Source of the DNA: Candidatus Nomurabacteria bacterium
GTDB taxonomy: Bacteria; Patescibacteriota; Minisyncoccia; Phycocordibacterales; UBA918
DNA length: 64,000 nt
Direction of reading: 5' to 3'
NCBI GenBank assembly: GCA_023898585.1
Contig: CP060229.1
Coordinates: 854,587-918,586, forward strand
Shown here: piece after piece, positions 56,501 through 64,000 of the stretch
Layout: every line of letters starts with the position of its first letter
How positions within the stretch are numbered: the stretch's first letter is position 1
Position numbers and translations under genes: made by a program
Notes under the pieces: generated by a model
What the model saw: the letters and a program-made list of their open reading frames with translations, nothing else
Databases searched by the model: none
What the model was told of the DNA's origin: nothing

Positions 56501-56707
56501 ATCTCGATAAAATTTATATCCAACTTGATCCGATATAAACACTGAGGACGGTTGAACTTGGTTGTGAGAAGGGCCGTTTGTGCTCGGAGTGTCATCAATA
56601 ACTACTTCTGCTGCTAAAGCATAAGGAAATAGTGGCCAACTCAAAAATTTGTCTGCGCCTGAAAAAACAAAAGTTGAAATAAGTATAAAAGTAATTAACT
56701 TTTGCAT
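50570..56707 (-). CDS. Giant secreted surface protein (~2045 aa): BNR/sialidase-like N-domain, four repeated ~230-aa modules, conserved C-terminal domain
   Basis: Probable start is the Met of MQKLITFILISTFVFSG (signal peptide; GGTGG-like RBS upstream). BNR/Asp-box TTDGGATWGTQ. Repeated modules signalled by FHWRNDNGNETGATS / HYHWRNDDGNETGATS / YYRFYVDNDALKPTD / SWRWYGDETNETPTV, each followed by RLRLG(I/L)SNEG... and ...(T/Y)(Y/F)CFR... Duplicated beta-sandwich segments (YDLDTSSPYDCASE...). C-terminus ...YRIKARELQPAGDYTTTITYVAVPVF. Confidence 0.6.
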   Translation of the reverse strand: MQKLITFILISTFVFSGADKFLSWPLFPYALAAEVVIDDTPSTNGPSHNQVQPSSVFISDQVGYKFYRDGVGGTGTNGTCVYKKTTDGGATWGTQVLVDSQTDCQAIVVWYDQWTPGDTGSYIHIATMDSGDDDIWYNRLDVSSDTLLLGSSPVSAVLSQSPMSLSAATANHSLTKGTNGILYISVSDNGDRFVVSCSATCGTATNWVEVGDGTFMDADEDATMLLPLDSGNILLINRDISANDMRSKVWNGTSWDTNWLTIDANAVESSTYDFQMSAVRSPVSGDVFLAYIADANTFTTADHDIRVAKYSGGSWSNLPDIITNDTRGLTSVSLTIDENTETVYVAYSARTTINSASTANVYWATSTSAMTSWGAEQGPVNTVSGDMYGVSFNYSSIQRLFLSWFEANVDDVFGDTVADLSPKTVVSASGTQATTMRASTTDQYVGGQFVIREFTEARNVTNIQITENGTVDASSGLNNIKLKYDLDTSSPYDCASESYSGSESQFGSTDANGFSGADGTSAFTGSVSISPTQSMCVYVVLDVLKSAVDGSNMEIEISNPATDVLVSGSVTAVPDTVQVLSGTTNILDSDLTQTHFHWRNDNGNETGATSRTGGIEDTSLTALQQDTPRRLRLGISNEGSTSSFPTTLRLEYALNTATCDVATGWTDVGATDDDWNMYDSTFLTDGSNSTDISVGIGGVTNENTVLLTPNGGLRDTSSTLGPLTFLPTNWTEVEFSIIASTSATEGNTYCFRLTNNGEELPAYTNYPKATIAADVRVSATSTQYATVDIPTADFHVGGAFVIKENNSSRNVTSITITENGTVDGTSGVENIRLYYDLDTSSPYDCASETFSISDSQFGSAFSSFSGPDGTATFTGSVGITTTQAMCVYPVLDVTNTANNGETLNIIINSGSSDVLVTDGGSVAPSTALDITSSTTLSGGIVTQIHYHWRNDDGNETGATSATGGSEDTPLLDFGKNSSIRLRLGLSNEGSTSSIPHKYGLEYGIKVTTCEAIAVWSDADGGGISWDMYDSPNLTNGETTTDIAVANGGVSNPGGKTFLGSNGGVRDTESFSATTTLTQTQYVDLEYAITTTNDTPYETTFCFRATQNGDPLLQYDQYAEVSIEARRDFKIQRGVNIVSGSGVTLTAGTDYVAPSASTSAFVRITNSHYTGAGKDSNGGNQNTDDYAAYISNPWNIETSFTIARDSDSINNTYVAWEIVEYIGPPGGDNEIFVRSQSLINYGVADTIGTGTAVSTVVDDSDIVVFITGQQHTGGNRSEGYGHQSTASWSSSTNEPVFTRNDTGANDGYVSYAVVEFVGLNWKVQRVEHSYSAVGVTETENITAVNSLARTFIHSQKRYASSLGLADFGHEVWLSSIGAVSFLLEPQALLTSNHVSVAWIIENTQTSTGEMLVQRSNGNTTGGSEPLSISVNIPTPLNATNNASIFLTTSVTGTGNNYPRMIAGATIMSTSTYELWRSDTGQVLAYRTEVVQWPAADLAVRQNYYRFYVDNDALKPTDPWPPGIDNLGENTSIGALDAPLADGDRIRIRMSLKVSNATLPAGLVTTKLQYAVRSTTCSAVVSWTDVGSVGSGAIWRGYDAPGITDGVSLSGNPPTGGDLLISISDRAGRYTENNPSLANQYPVYDGEDVEYDWLIEQNGAAQRTTYCFRMIKSDDTPLDGYLYYPEIRTEGYTPVITSWRWYGDETNETPTVDLAPENIAPTNVLKDDSVKLRVTLDEIKNLTQVNARFKIQFAEQADFSDAQDVVATSSCVASSVWCYEDGGGVDNEVITTAVLSDSDSCVASVGAGCGTHNESSYYYNGFTHNGGDKTEYEFALKYTNVERNYGRVYHFRLYDLANNEVVFASTSNPSLAGESASLTFTIDGVDANTSIAGITTDATTTATSVDFGSLPLDTDVEVAQQITVDTNAIEGYQVFKYVDQQLLDSYGNQIIPITGTNASPVGWSTGCTGGAISCSGYHTTDATLEGGSARFAPLDSYASLSTSLDEIMYSSIASVDVENIIYRIKARELQPAGDYTTTITYVAVPVF

Positions 56708-56837
56708 ACGCAAAAAACCACCTTTTTTGTGTGCCCAAAAAAACATGATATGTGGTTATATTTTACTCTATAAACTACAAAAATGTGGTTCTGGTAGTGG
56801 AAAATGTTACTTCATGACACCAATCGTTATTCCTTTA

Positions 56838-58685
56838 CTAGTCGCCCTGGTTGATTGCTGTACTAGAAGAACCAGATTCGTTTGTTGGCTGAATAATCAA
56901 GTCGTAATCAGTCAGTTCCAAGAACTGTTGATCTTCAGTGGTTTTCAGCGATGTACTAGATAATTGCATATCATCCGGTTCATCGGCGGTAGAACTGCCG
57001 TTAGCTGAAGCCTGCTTGAGATTTAGAGTTTCAGCTTCATCAATCTCTCCGACACCCGAGGTACTAGAGCCAGTAACATTCTTTGTTCCATCGATATTGA
57101 ACTCACCTTTACTTGAAGATTTGTTTTGAATAAGAGCTCTTGTCTCACCTGTCCCATCAGCATCTGGAATCTCAACCGGATTATCAGCCGGTCGAGAAGC
57201 GATGGGCGCGGAGATTCCCGTGTTAGGATCAAATCCTTGCGTTACAACGTCACCATTGTCGTACATAGTGTCGTATACAAGCACAAAGCGTGGATTTGCT
57301 ATAACACCCCCTTCGTAGCCATTAATAGTTAAAGTCTCACCACTCTTGAGTGAATAAACCTTGGCTTCTTGCTCTTCCAAGCCTAGCACGCTCCAGAGAA
57401 CATAGCCGTCATCAATCGCCGGAGCAACATCTTGAGTCAGATTATCTGTCAATTGGTCAGTGTATGTGCCATCAAACATCATTATCTCCCAATCATTACC
57501 GTCCCAAGCTTGCCACACCACACCTTCTTTTGAGACTTTTGGCTCCATGTTGTTGGTGCGTGAAAATGTCAGCTGGTCTTCTTTTTCTTCTTTTATGTCG
57601 TATAAGATAATTTGGTACCTGCCATCTATCTGTCTTTGCCACACTACTTGCATTGATTCGGCGTTGTAGTGAGGAGAAGTATCTTCGTACTCATTGTCAG
57701 TTAATTGTTTTACTTCACCCATCGACGTACGCAAGAAAATTTCCATATTTGAATTGGCGCCCAAATCAGCGTACACCACAGCGTTCAAATCTATTCCGGT
57801 TTCCGTATTAACACTACAGTGGTAAGTTCCATCACCAATGGCAACACATGACTGACGGTTGAATTGATAATAATTATCTTCAGTAACTAGACTCTGCGCC
57901 TCAACCTGATTAATTTGTTGAGGAGCAAGATCGTCGATAATTCCAGTCAGGTCAGTATCTTGTGTTTCTGTACTATCGGCACCTGTCGAAGAAGCAGAGA
58001 AAGAAACATGGTCATCCAGTGATGAATCAGCACCAACGGTTGTTGTCATCAGGTCTGAAGAACTCGCCGATGAACTATCATTATCACTATACGAATTTGA
58101 GCTAGTACTCGATGATTCTGTTTCACCCGTATCACTATTACTCTCCGAACCAGTTTGAGTAGTTGTTGACACGCTGGTTTGAAGGAGCAACGATTTGTTA
58201 CTACTACTAGCTACTTTACTTGAAGTGGCAAAAGTTTGTTTAGTAGAAGAAGCAGTTATATTGCTAGATTGAATATCAGCTTGGACATTCGTGTTTACAA
58301 CATTGTTATTAATGGAAGTTGACGAATTTTTAGTGTTTTTTAAGAGCGAGTCTTCGATTGTTGTTGCTGGCTCATTATCGATATCGTCATCTAACGTGGA
58401 TGCTTCAATTGATTCATCTGAATCTCTTATTGAATCATTTATGGTAACAGTTTCTGCAGATTTTGATGAGGCTTGTAAAGCAACCGATTCAGCAACTGGT
58501 GAATTTTTTTCAACATCAACAGTAATAGCATCTTCACTCGCAAAGGCTTTATGAATTGGTTGAATCAAAAACGAAATAAAGAGAGTTAAAACCAAAACAA
58601 CCGAAAAGCCACTGTTAAAGGTAACAGCATAAATAAATGCGGCGGACCGCTTATTATTCTGATATAGCTTTGGTTTGTACCTCAT
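56838..58685 (-). CDS. Membrane-anchored Ser/Thr-rich protein with TolB-like beta-propeller domain
   Basis: 615 aa; N-terminal TM; ~200-aa low-complexity Ser/Thr/Asp tract; C-terminal repeated W/D-rich blades (QVVWQRQIDGRYQIILYD...VVWQAWDGNDWEIMMFDG...YVLWSV). Confidence 0.5.
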   Translation of the reverse strand: MRYKPKLYQNNKRSAAFIYAVTFNSGFSVVLVLTLFISFLIQPIHKAFASEDAITVDVEKNSPVAESVALQASSKSAETVTINDSIRDSDESIEASTLDDDIDNEPATTIEDSLLKNTKNSSTSINNNVVNTNVQADIQSSNITASSTKQTFATSSKVASSSNKSLLLQTSVSTTTQTGSESNSDTGETESSSTSSNSYSDNDSSSASSSDLMTTTVGADSSLDDHVSFSASSTGADSTETQDTDLTGIIDDLAPQQINQVEAQSLVTEDNYYQFNRQSCVAIGDGTYHCSVNTETGIDLNAVVYADLGANSNMEIFLRTSMGEVKQLTDNEYEDTSPHYNAESMQVVWQRQIDGRYQIILYDIKEEKEDQLTFSRTNNMEPKVSKEGVVWQAWDGNDWEIMMFDGTYTDQLTDNLTQDVAPAIDDGYVLWSVLGLEEQEAKVYSLKSGETLTINGYEGGVIANPRFVLVYDTMYDNGDVVTQGFDPNTGISAPIASRPADNPVEIPDADGTGETRALIQNKSSSKGEFNIDGTKNVTGSSTSGVGEIDEAETLNLKQASANGSSTADEPDDMQLSSTSLKTTEDQQFLELTDYDLIIQPTNESGSSSTAINQGD

Positions 58686-58801
58686 TTGGGCTACATAATT
58701 TTGATTTTGCGTGGGAAGTTAGAATATCCCCACATCATAATAATACCAACAGTGCTGTGCCACTGTTAGTATTATTATCAACAGATATTTTGTCTTTTAA
58801 A

Positions 58802-59548
58802 TCATTTGAAGAATAGGTCTGCCAAAATAATTGAAAAGTCTTTAAACGTCATTTTTCCGTCTCCATTAAAGTCGTAAATTTTATCCTTTGTTCCCCATGC
58901 TGACATAAACGCACTAACATCTTTCAGTGTAACTTCGCCATCGCCGTCAACGTCTGTTAAAATACTAACTTTGACATCTAAACCGATACTGGTTGGGTCT
59001 GTATTCTGGTCATATATGTATAAATTTACATTTGAACTCAAAGCTTCAGCAACTTTTACCTTGGTGCCGGCCCCATCACCAGCCAACAAAACCACATCGG
59101 ATGTTTTTACACTACTTTGCCCAGTTTGTTTAGCCTGAAGTTTTATTGTGGCGATCTTATGTTCACCTTTAAAACCTTTCTTGTATGTCCCACCTTGCAA
59201 TATTACGTGATCCGGCATTATTACTGGCTCTTTTGTCCAAATTGTTAAAACAGACTGTCCCTTATCAACCCCCAGGACTTTCACAGCAGACTCATTGAAG
59301 CGTAGTGTAATATCTATGGCATTAACCGGAACATGTGCGTACGCAAAAACATCTAAAGAAAAATTTTCACCTGCTTTGATAGCTGTCTTGGATGCTTCCA
59401 GTCTCACATATGAAACATCAGTCGAAGTAACTACCGCCGCGCCAAGCAAAGCAATTAATGTTAGTGAAGCGGAGAACATGTAGCGGACAGTTCCCTTTCG
59501 TTTTAGAGGGTTAAAGAATACTTTAACGAAACGAAGGAAAAAATCCAT
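58802..59548 (-). CDS. Cohesin-dockerin protein
   Basis: 248 aa; signal anchor; cohesin-like domain (ENFSLDVFAYAHVPVNAIDITLRFNESAVKVLGV); C-terminal type-I dockerin duplicate Ca-binding segments DVDGDGEVTLKDVSAFMSAWG and DFNGDGKMTFKDFSIILADLF. Confidence 0.65.
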   Translation of the reverse strand: MDFFLRFVKVFFNPLKRKGTVRYMFSASLTLIALLGAAVVTSTDVSYVRLEASKTAIKAGENFSLDVFAYAHVPVNAIDITLRFNESAVKVLGVDKGQSVLTIWTKEPVIMPDHVILQGGTYKKGFKGEHKIATIKLQAKQTGQSSVKTSDVVLLAGDGAGTKVKVAEALSSNVNLYIYDQNTDPTSIGLDVKVSILTDVDGDGEVTLKDVSAFMSAWGTKDKIYDFNGDGKMTFKDFSIILADLFFK

Positions 59549-59556
59549 AATTAGGG

Positions 59557-60243
59557 CTAGATGGAAATTAAATCAGAGCGAATGCTTGAAGTTTTTGTAG
59601 CAGTAACAGTGAGTGCCTCTTGGACGGAGCGAACTTCGACTAATATATCCGTGATCTCAGATGAATCTACCGCACTTCCTGCCAGCAGTGTGGAAATGAT
59701 TTGATCCTGAAGTCTTACCAAAGTAGCAAAAAGATCACTTTGCTTTTGTTCCTCATCGGCTAAACTTTGCCACAAAGAAAGTTTATACTCTTCGGAAACG
59801 CTTTCACCAAGGACAAGTTCGAGCTGATTCACATAAGACTCGAACACTTCTATTTCTCTCGCAAGTTTTGTCACCATGACCGACTTAGTGTCGGAACGAA
59901 ATTTACCACACCTGCCAAAAAGCCTTTCCAGCTCTGTAAGTTCAGCGTTATTGAGTCTGTTATTAAGCTGATTAAGCAAACTATCAAACTGCGATCTTTC
60001 AGCCACTGAACAATCGATAATGATCGATTCTGTGATTTGATCAGCACCATTTCTAGCAGTAGTCTCAGCTATGGCAACTAGCAGGGCTTGCTGATTGGCG
60101 ATAAGGAGTCTAGTGCCGAGCTCGATATCCTTAAAATGGTTGTTGATGATTACGGTAACCAATGAATACATTACGCCTATTCCAGCCACAACCACGATTA
60201 CGTTCTTTATATTTAACCAGTTAAATTTACTTGTTTTGTTCAT
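59557..60243 (-). CDS. Hypothetical membrane-anchored helical protein
   Basis: 228 aa; N-terminal TM (VIVVVAGIGVMYSLVTVII) and a predicted alpha-helical ectodomain. Confidence 0.4.
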   Translation of the reverse strand: MNKTSKFNWLNIKNVIVVVAGIGVMYSLVTVIINNHFKDIELGTRLLIANQQALLVAIAETTARNGADQITESIIIDCSVAERSQFDSLLNQLNNRLNNAELTELERLFGRCGKFRSDTKSVMVTKLAREIEVFESYVNQLELVLGESVSEEYKLSLWQSLADEEQKQSDLFATLVRLQDQIISTLLAGSAVDSSEITDILVEVRSVQEALTVTATKTSSIRSDLISI

Positions 60244-60249
60244 AAAAGT

Positions 60250-62025
60250 TTATGCGTTATTTTGCTTTTCAGTTAATTCTGTAACATCCCTCATTTCCTT
60301 TTCGACCTTTTCTTGTGATGATCTCAAGGCCTTATCGAGAACATCCACCATGTTTATTTCCGCTCTAGTTAACTTCTTTGTTTTGCGAGAATCTTGCAAG
60401 ATTAGTTCTTGATCCTGTAAAATCTTCTGCAACACTGAAAATTCGCGGTGCAAAATCTCAAGCGCCTCGACGGATTCTATTCGTACTTTTTTCCTGAATC
60501 TACGTACATACAATAGCATATACCATGCTCCGAGAATTAAGACAAAAGTCAATACTATGAGTGGCACGATCACCGATAAAACACTGACTATAAAGGAACC
60601 GATTCTTAAGTATCCAGGTTGTTGGACTGCGATTCTGATAGATTCAGACACATCACTTTGGGCTCCAAATTTATCTGTCGCTATAGCTGATAGTTCATAC
60701 ACACCGTTTGAAAATGTCCCTTCTGGTATGAATATAAATTCACCAACTTCGTTGCTCATTAAAACATGCTCGTTCGGCTCGGCACCTATCTTGTTAATGT
60801 AAATTTGCACAGTCGATTCAGGTCTGGTTTTACCCTTTATTACCGGTATAACCTCTTCATTAATTTCAGACGGATACTCGGTAAAGATTGGTCGGTCGAA
60901 GGCTTCTATAGTAAACGAATGAGTACCGATTATACTATTTCCAGCTTGGTCAAAGGCTTCTATTATTACCGAGTGGTAACCTGGCTCTAAACCAAAGAGC
61001 AAAATTGTACTTGAACCCGATTTATCAATGTACTCATAGGCTTCGTCTGAATCGAGCTTCACCATGAAACGATTCACTTTTGTAGTTTCATCTTCGACGT
61101 CAACCTTGAGTACTTGTTCAGGACTCGACAAATCGACTTCTTCCAAGTGCGAAATTTTTATTGCGGTTGGGCTTTTTGTGTCAACAGCTAACCGATAATG
61201 AGTTACTTTACCCCAGCCGTCTTGGTTTCTGAATTGCACATGAAAATAGGATTCTCCTTCTGGCAGATCGGTAAGTTTTATATTGTTAATCACGTTGTCG
61301 TATACTTTGGTCGGAACAGAAGTGGGAACTTCGTTTAACAAAGTCCGAACGCCGGTTACGTCTCTTGGGGTACTCCACTTCAGTTCAGCGACATTGTTTT
61401 TGTACCAGGCAGATGTGTCGGGATGAGTGACGGACGTGACACTCGGCGCTTGTGGTGTATTAGCCGGAGCGACATACTCAATCACTTCCGGTTCCGGAGC
61501 GGTGGAGGCTGCTTGAATAGTGAAAGAACCACCATTCATGGTAGTTAGAATATTTGTGCCTCGTCCGTCATTTGCCAGAACCGAACCGTTTTTAAAATTA
61601 ACTCTGGCTGTTCCTGCTCCTTTGGTGCGAAAAGTGACGTTCATGATAGTTCCGGTTTGTAGAGAAAAGCCCGAGGGTAGACCACCACTAAAACTTATCG
61701 TACCCGCACTGTTAGAGAAAGTCGGCTCCGTCACCCAGAGATTGAATATTGACCCGCTTCGATTAACCGATACCACAGACAATTCATTGGGGTTAAAAGC
61801 AAGCGTCCCTTCGGCGGCATTGACCGATTTCCCTTCAGTATTAACGATTACTTTCGTTGTAAATGTACTGTTGGCCGTATATACACCGGTGGTAGGTGAT
61901 AAAGATAGTGAAGCGGCTTCTGCAACTGAAAAGAATGGTACAAGATAAAGAACCACTAACAACATTAAGAAAAGGACTTGGTGACAAAAACGTGAATTAA
62001 TTGGGTTCGTCATAATCAGATCCAT
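60250..62025 (-). CDS. Type-I membrane protein with N-terminal cohesin domain
   Basis: 591 aa; signal peptide; cohesin-like domain (SLSLSPTTGVYTANSTFTTKVIVNTEGKSVNAAEGTLAFNPNELSVVSV...GTISFSGGLPSGF); Ig/Fn-like middle; TM near the C-terminus (FIVSVLSVIVPLIVLTFVLILGAWYMLLYV) and a charged cytoplasmic tail. Confidence 0.5.
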   Translation of the reverse strand: MDLIMTNPINSRFCHQVLFLMLLVVLYLVPFFSVAEAASLSLSPTTGVYTANSTFTTKVIVNTEGKSVNAAEGTLAFNPNELSVVSVNRSGSIFNLWVTEPTFSNSAGTISFSGGLPSGFSLQTGTIMNVTFRTKGAGTARVNFKNGSVLANDGRGTNILTTMNGGSFTIQAASTAPEPEVIEYVAPANTPQAPSVTSVTHPDTSAWYKNNVAELKWSTPRDVTGVRTLLNEVPTSVPTKVYDNVINNIKLTDLPEGESYFHVQFRNQDGWGKVTHYRLAVDTKSPTAIKISHLEEVDLSSPEQVLKVDVEDETTKVNRFMVKLDSDEAYEYIDKSGSSTILLFGLEPGYHSVIIEAFDQAGNSIIGTHSFTIEAFDRPIFTEYPSEINEEVIPVIKGKTRPESTVQIYINKIGAEPNEHVLMSNEVGEFIFIPEGTFSNGVYELSAIATDKFGAQSDVSESIRIAVQQPGYLRIGSFIVSVLSVIVPLIVLTFVLILGAWYMLLYVRRFRKKVRIESVEALEILHREFSVLQKILQDQELILQDSRKTKKLTRAEINMVDVLDKALRSSQEKVEKEMRDVTELTEKQNNA

Positions 62026-63070
62026 TAGTGTTTTCTAAAATATCGGCTCTTTCCACACTATTTTTACGCCCACGATTTCTTTTCAGCCAGTAAAATACAA
62101 CCAGTGCTGTTAGCACTACGACTATCAAAGTTGCAAAACTAATAGCTATCGTAAGCACTTGAGCGCGTGAAATAGTCCTCATCGACTCATCCGGTATAAG
62201 GGTGGCTATATATTCATTACCCGCCTTATCAACCGCTTTAACACGAATAATACTATTGAGACTTTGGTCTTTTAACACATAAGGACTACGTTCAATAACC
62301 CAGGGGGCATCCGCTCTTCCCCACTGAAACGAACCTAGTTGAGCAAGCGGTTCTTCCATCACCTCGTAGTGGTCTATTCCTGTCTGTTTGTCTGTAGTAT
62401 TGAAAACTATGAAATGATCGCCTGAAAAAGCTTTGTTATCCTTTTGGACAGAAATACTAAATTCTTCGGGTGCTATCTTATCTGCCGTTATTTGGTTCTT
62501 CCAATCATTAACTTGCGATTGACCGGCTTGTGGTTTTAGCTCAACCGTAGCTCCGTAAGTCGAGAGATCTGCCTTTGTTCCCAATCCATCATTTAAATAG
62601 GCTGTAGTTTCGTCAGAAAAAGATAGTTTTGCTAAAGCTTCCTCGGAGGAGCCTCCCCCAACTGAAAAACCGGGTGACCTGAACACAATTTCAGCAACTA
62701 CATTAGTTAACATTGGATCACCAACTATTCGTCCGCAATAACCGTTGGGTACTCCTCCGGCAAAAGTCACTGTCCTGTCTTCTTTATTTATTGTTGGGGT
62801 TTCCACCCACACACTGAATATTGATGAACCGAGTGAGACATCAACCGGAGCTATGTTGTCAGTATATGTTAAAACACCATCGATAGCATTAACGCACTCA
62901 TTATTTGCCTCATCGGTGTCTAGCCTGACAGCAACTTTGATTGAGTCACCCCGATACAATGTGCTACTGGCCGGATCGATATACAAAGACGCACCGAGAG
63001 TTACGTTCGGTAACAAGACAAACGTCACTAACATACATACAAAAAGTCGCCGAACACGAATTCTATTCAT
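61997..63070 (-). CDS. Type-I membrane protein with N-terminal cohesin domain (paralog)
   Basis: Probable start is the Met of MNRIRVRRLFVCMLVTFVLLPNVTLGA (the ORF track extends to 63121). Cohesin-like SLYIDPASSTLYRGDSIKVAVRLDTDE...LTYTDNIAPVDVSLGSSIFSVWVETPT...TVTFAGGVPNGY; C-terminal TM (VLTIAISFATLIVVVLTALVVFYWL) and a short tail. Confidence 0.5.
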   Translation of the reverse strand: MNRIRVRRLFVCMLVTFVLLPNVTLGASLYIDPASSTLYRGDSIKVAVRLDTDEANNECVNAIDGVLTYTDNIAPVDVSLGSSIFSVWVETPTINKEDRTVTFAGGVPNGYCGRIVGDPMLTNVVAEIVFRSPGFSVGGGSSEEALAKLSFSDETTAYLNDGLGTKADLSTYGATVELKPQAGQSQVNDWKNQITADKIAPEEFSISVQKDNKAFSGDHFIVFNTTDKQTGIDHYEVMEEPLAQLGSFQWGRADAPWVIERSPYVLKDQSLNSIIRVKAVDKAGNEYIATLIPDESMRTISRAQVLTIAISFATLIVVVLTALVVFYWLKRNRGRKNSVERADILENTNGSDYDEPN

Positions 63071-63227
63071 GACAAAATTATAACAAGCACTTGTAAAAAA
63101 ATAAGTGGCTGTACACAACACTGAGAAGATAAGAGTCGCATAGACAAATTAGCAAAACAAAAAACCCTTCTCGTGGTGGGAGATAGGGCTTTTTGTTTTT
63201 AACTCCAAGCTTAGAGTCAGTATTCGA

Positions 63228-64000
63228 CTAGAATACTGGGGTTGCTACGTATGTCAGGGTAGCTGTGTAATCATCAGCTGCCTCTTGTAAGGCGCTGATT
63301 TGAACTTTGTAACCAACTCTGGTTGTACCGACACCTTGGGTTGTACCATTGGTTGGTCCGGTATGACGGAATATTTCAACCGGTGTGGTGGAAGCCGAAA
63401 GGTAACGGTCACCACCTCCTCCAACGTTGAATGGATTCGTCAAACCTGAGGTAAGAGCACCATCATCTGAGGTAATTCCCCAGTGACCGTATGTTTCCTC
63501 AGAACCGAGAACCGGTGTTGGACCTTCCCACGCAACCGGTGTTGTATCGTAATTTCCATTACGGAAACCATCGATATCTGCACCAGTGGCTGAAACGAGT
63601 TGACCATCGGCGGTCACTGTAACAACAAAACCATTCTTAGCGTTGGTGTTTACAGTCAAGTCCTGAGCTGTTGTGCTGGCGCTTCCATTTGTCAAAACGC
63701 CAAACGGAATCGTCGTCGCAGTCGTTGGACCGTCAGTTATATCAGCTGTGTTAACTGTTGCTCCACCGGATACCCCCGCTACAGAAAAGGTAAAGAGTGT
63801 ATCTACCGATGCGGTAACAGTGACGGAATCAACTATCGCTACACGAGTGGCACCTGAATCAGAGGCACCAGCAGTGACGGCTATTTCGTATGAACCGACG
63901 GCTGGGTTTGTTAATTGGTTTACACCAGGACCGGAATCACCACTGAAGGTAGCATTGGTACCAATCTTAACGGTAGTTGTACCGTTAGCTGGTATGGATG
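63228..64000 (-). CDS. C-terminal part of a large surface protein (gene continues beyond window end) sharing the C-terminal domain of the giant protein
   Basis: The ORF-track entry 63228-63695 starts at a TTG only because the upstream reading frame is open to the window edge (manual translation gives ...SVTVTASVDTLFTFSVAGVSGGATVNTADITDGPTTATTIPFGVLTNGS... with no stop). The C-terminal ~150 aa align with the giant protein (LTVNTNAKNGF / ITVDTNAIEGY; PVAWEG / PVGWSTG; ...DDYTATLTYVATPVF / ...GDYTTTITYVAVPVF). Confidence 0.5.
   Translation of the reverse strand, partial: SIPANGTTTVKIGTNATFSGDSGPGVNQLTNPAVGSYEIAVTAGASDSGATRVAIVDSVTVTASVDTLFTFSVAGVSGGATVNTADITDGPTTATTIPFGVLTNGSASTTAQDLTVNTNAKNGFVVTVTADGQLVSATGADIDGFRNGNYDTTPVAWEGPTPVLGSEETYGHWGITSDDGALTSGLTNPFNVGGGGDRYLSASTTPVEIFRHTGPTNGTTQGVGTTRVGYKVQISALQEAADDYTATLTYVATPVF

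Noticed and set aside
58715-58760. 12-bp inverted repeat aataccaacagtg / cactgttagtatt downstream of the cohesin-dockerin gene as a terminator.
   Set aside because: No U-tract on the relevant (minus) strand; possibly just a stabilising hairpin. Not annotated as a terminator.
63135-63185. A/T-rich imperfect inverted repeat (aaaacaaaaaaccc...gggctttttgtttt) between the cohesin gene and the partial surface-protein gene.
   Set aside because: The stem is mostly A:U with a mismatch, and the orientation of the T-run fits a plus-strand terminator although both flanking genes are on the minus strand. Not supported.

Overview
Low-GC (~40-42%) bacterial chromosome segment with a Candidate Phyla Radiation (Patescibacteria)-like character: very tight gene packing, almost all genes on the minus strand over the first 30 kb, aminoacyl-tRNA synthetases that are truncated or carry extra domains, sigma-70 region-4 stand-alone proteins, and many signal-peptide or single-TM secreted proteins. 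Core content: an alpha-type ribosomal operon on the minus strand (infA, a Cys-less rpmJ, rpsM, rpsK, rpsD, rpoA, rplQ, partial rplM), alaS (no C-Ala domain), pepF, a RelA/SpoT-type HD hydrolase, a minimal MGMT, a Cas4/RecB-like FeS nuclease, an ATP-cone/REase-like fusion, mnmA, mltG, leuS with an inserted NUDIX domain, ychF, sppA, an RND efflux pair (adaptor + AcrB-like pump), a PMM-like HAD hydrolase, tRNA-Ala(GGC), rhodanese, an SPFH protein, a ROK kinase, pgi, a LOG-family protein, a DEDDh exonuclease, rpmA, a cyclophilin, rplI, a LuxI/N-acyl-amino-acid-synthase-like acyltransferase and a TlpA-like thioredoxin. The last ~16.5 kb (47.4-64 kb) is a minus-strand cell-surface island: two DUF916-like membrane-anchored proteins, a ~2045-aa BNR/repeat-module giant protein, a Ser/Thr-rich beta-propeller protein, a cohesin-dockerin protein, two membrane-anchored cohesin proteins and the C-terminal part of another large protein that shares a distinctive C-terminal domain with the giant protein. 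Non-coding highlights: a ~245-bp MITE-like palindromic repeat present twice (26.46-26.67 kb and 40.50-40.74 kb), each copy abutting a gene stop codon; a ~190-bp nested inverted-repeat element overlapping the leuS stop; a GC-rich 114-nt structured RNA candidate with its own terminator upstream of ychF; and a recurring TTGACA-N-TGTCAA palindrome. No CRISPR array, rRNA or obvious prophage was seen.
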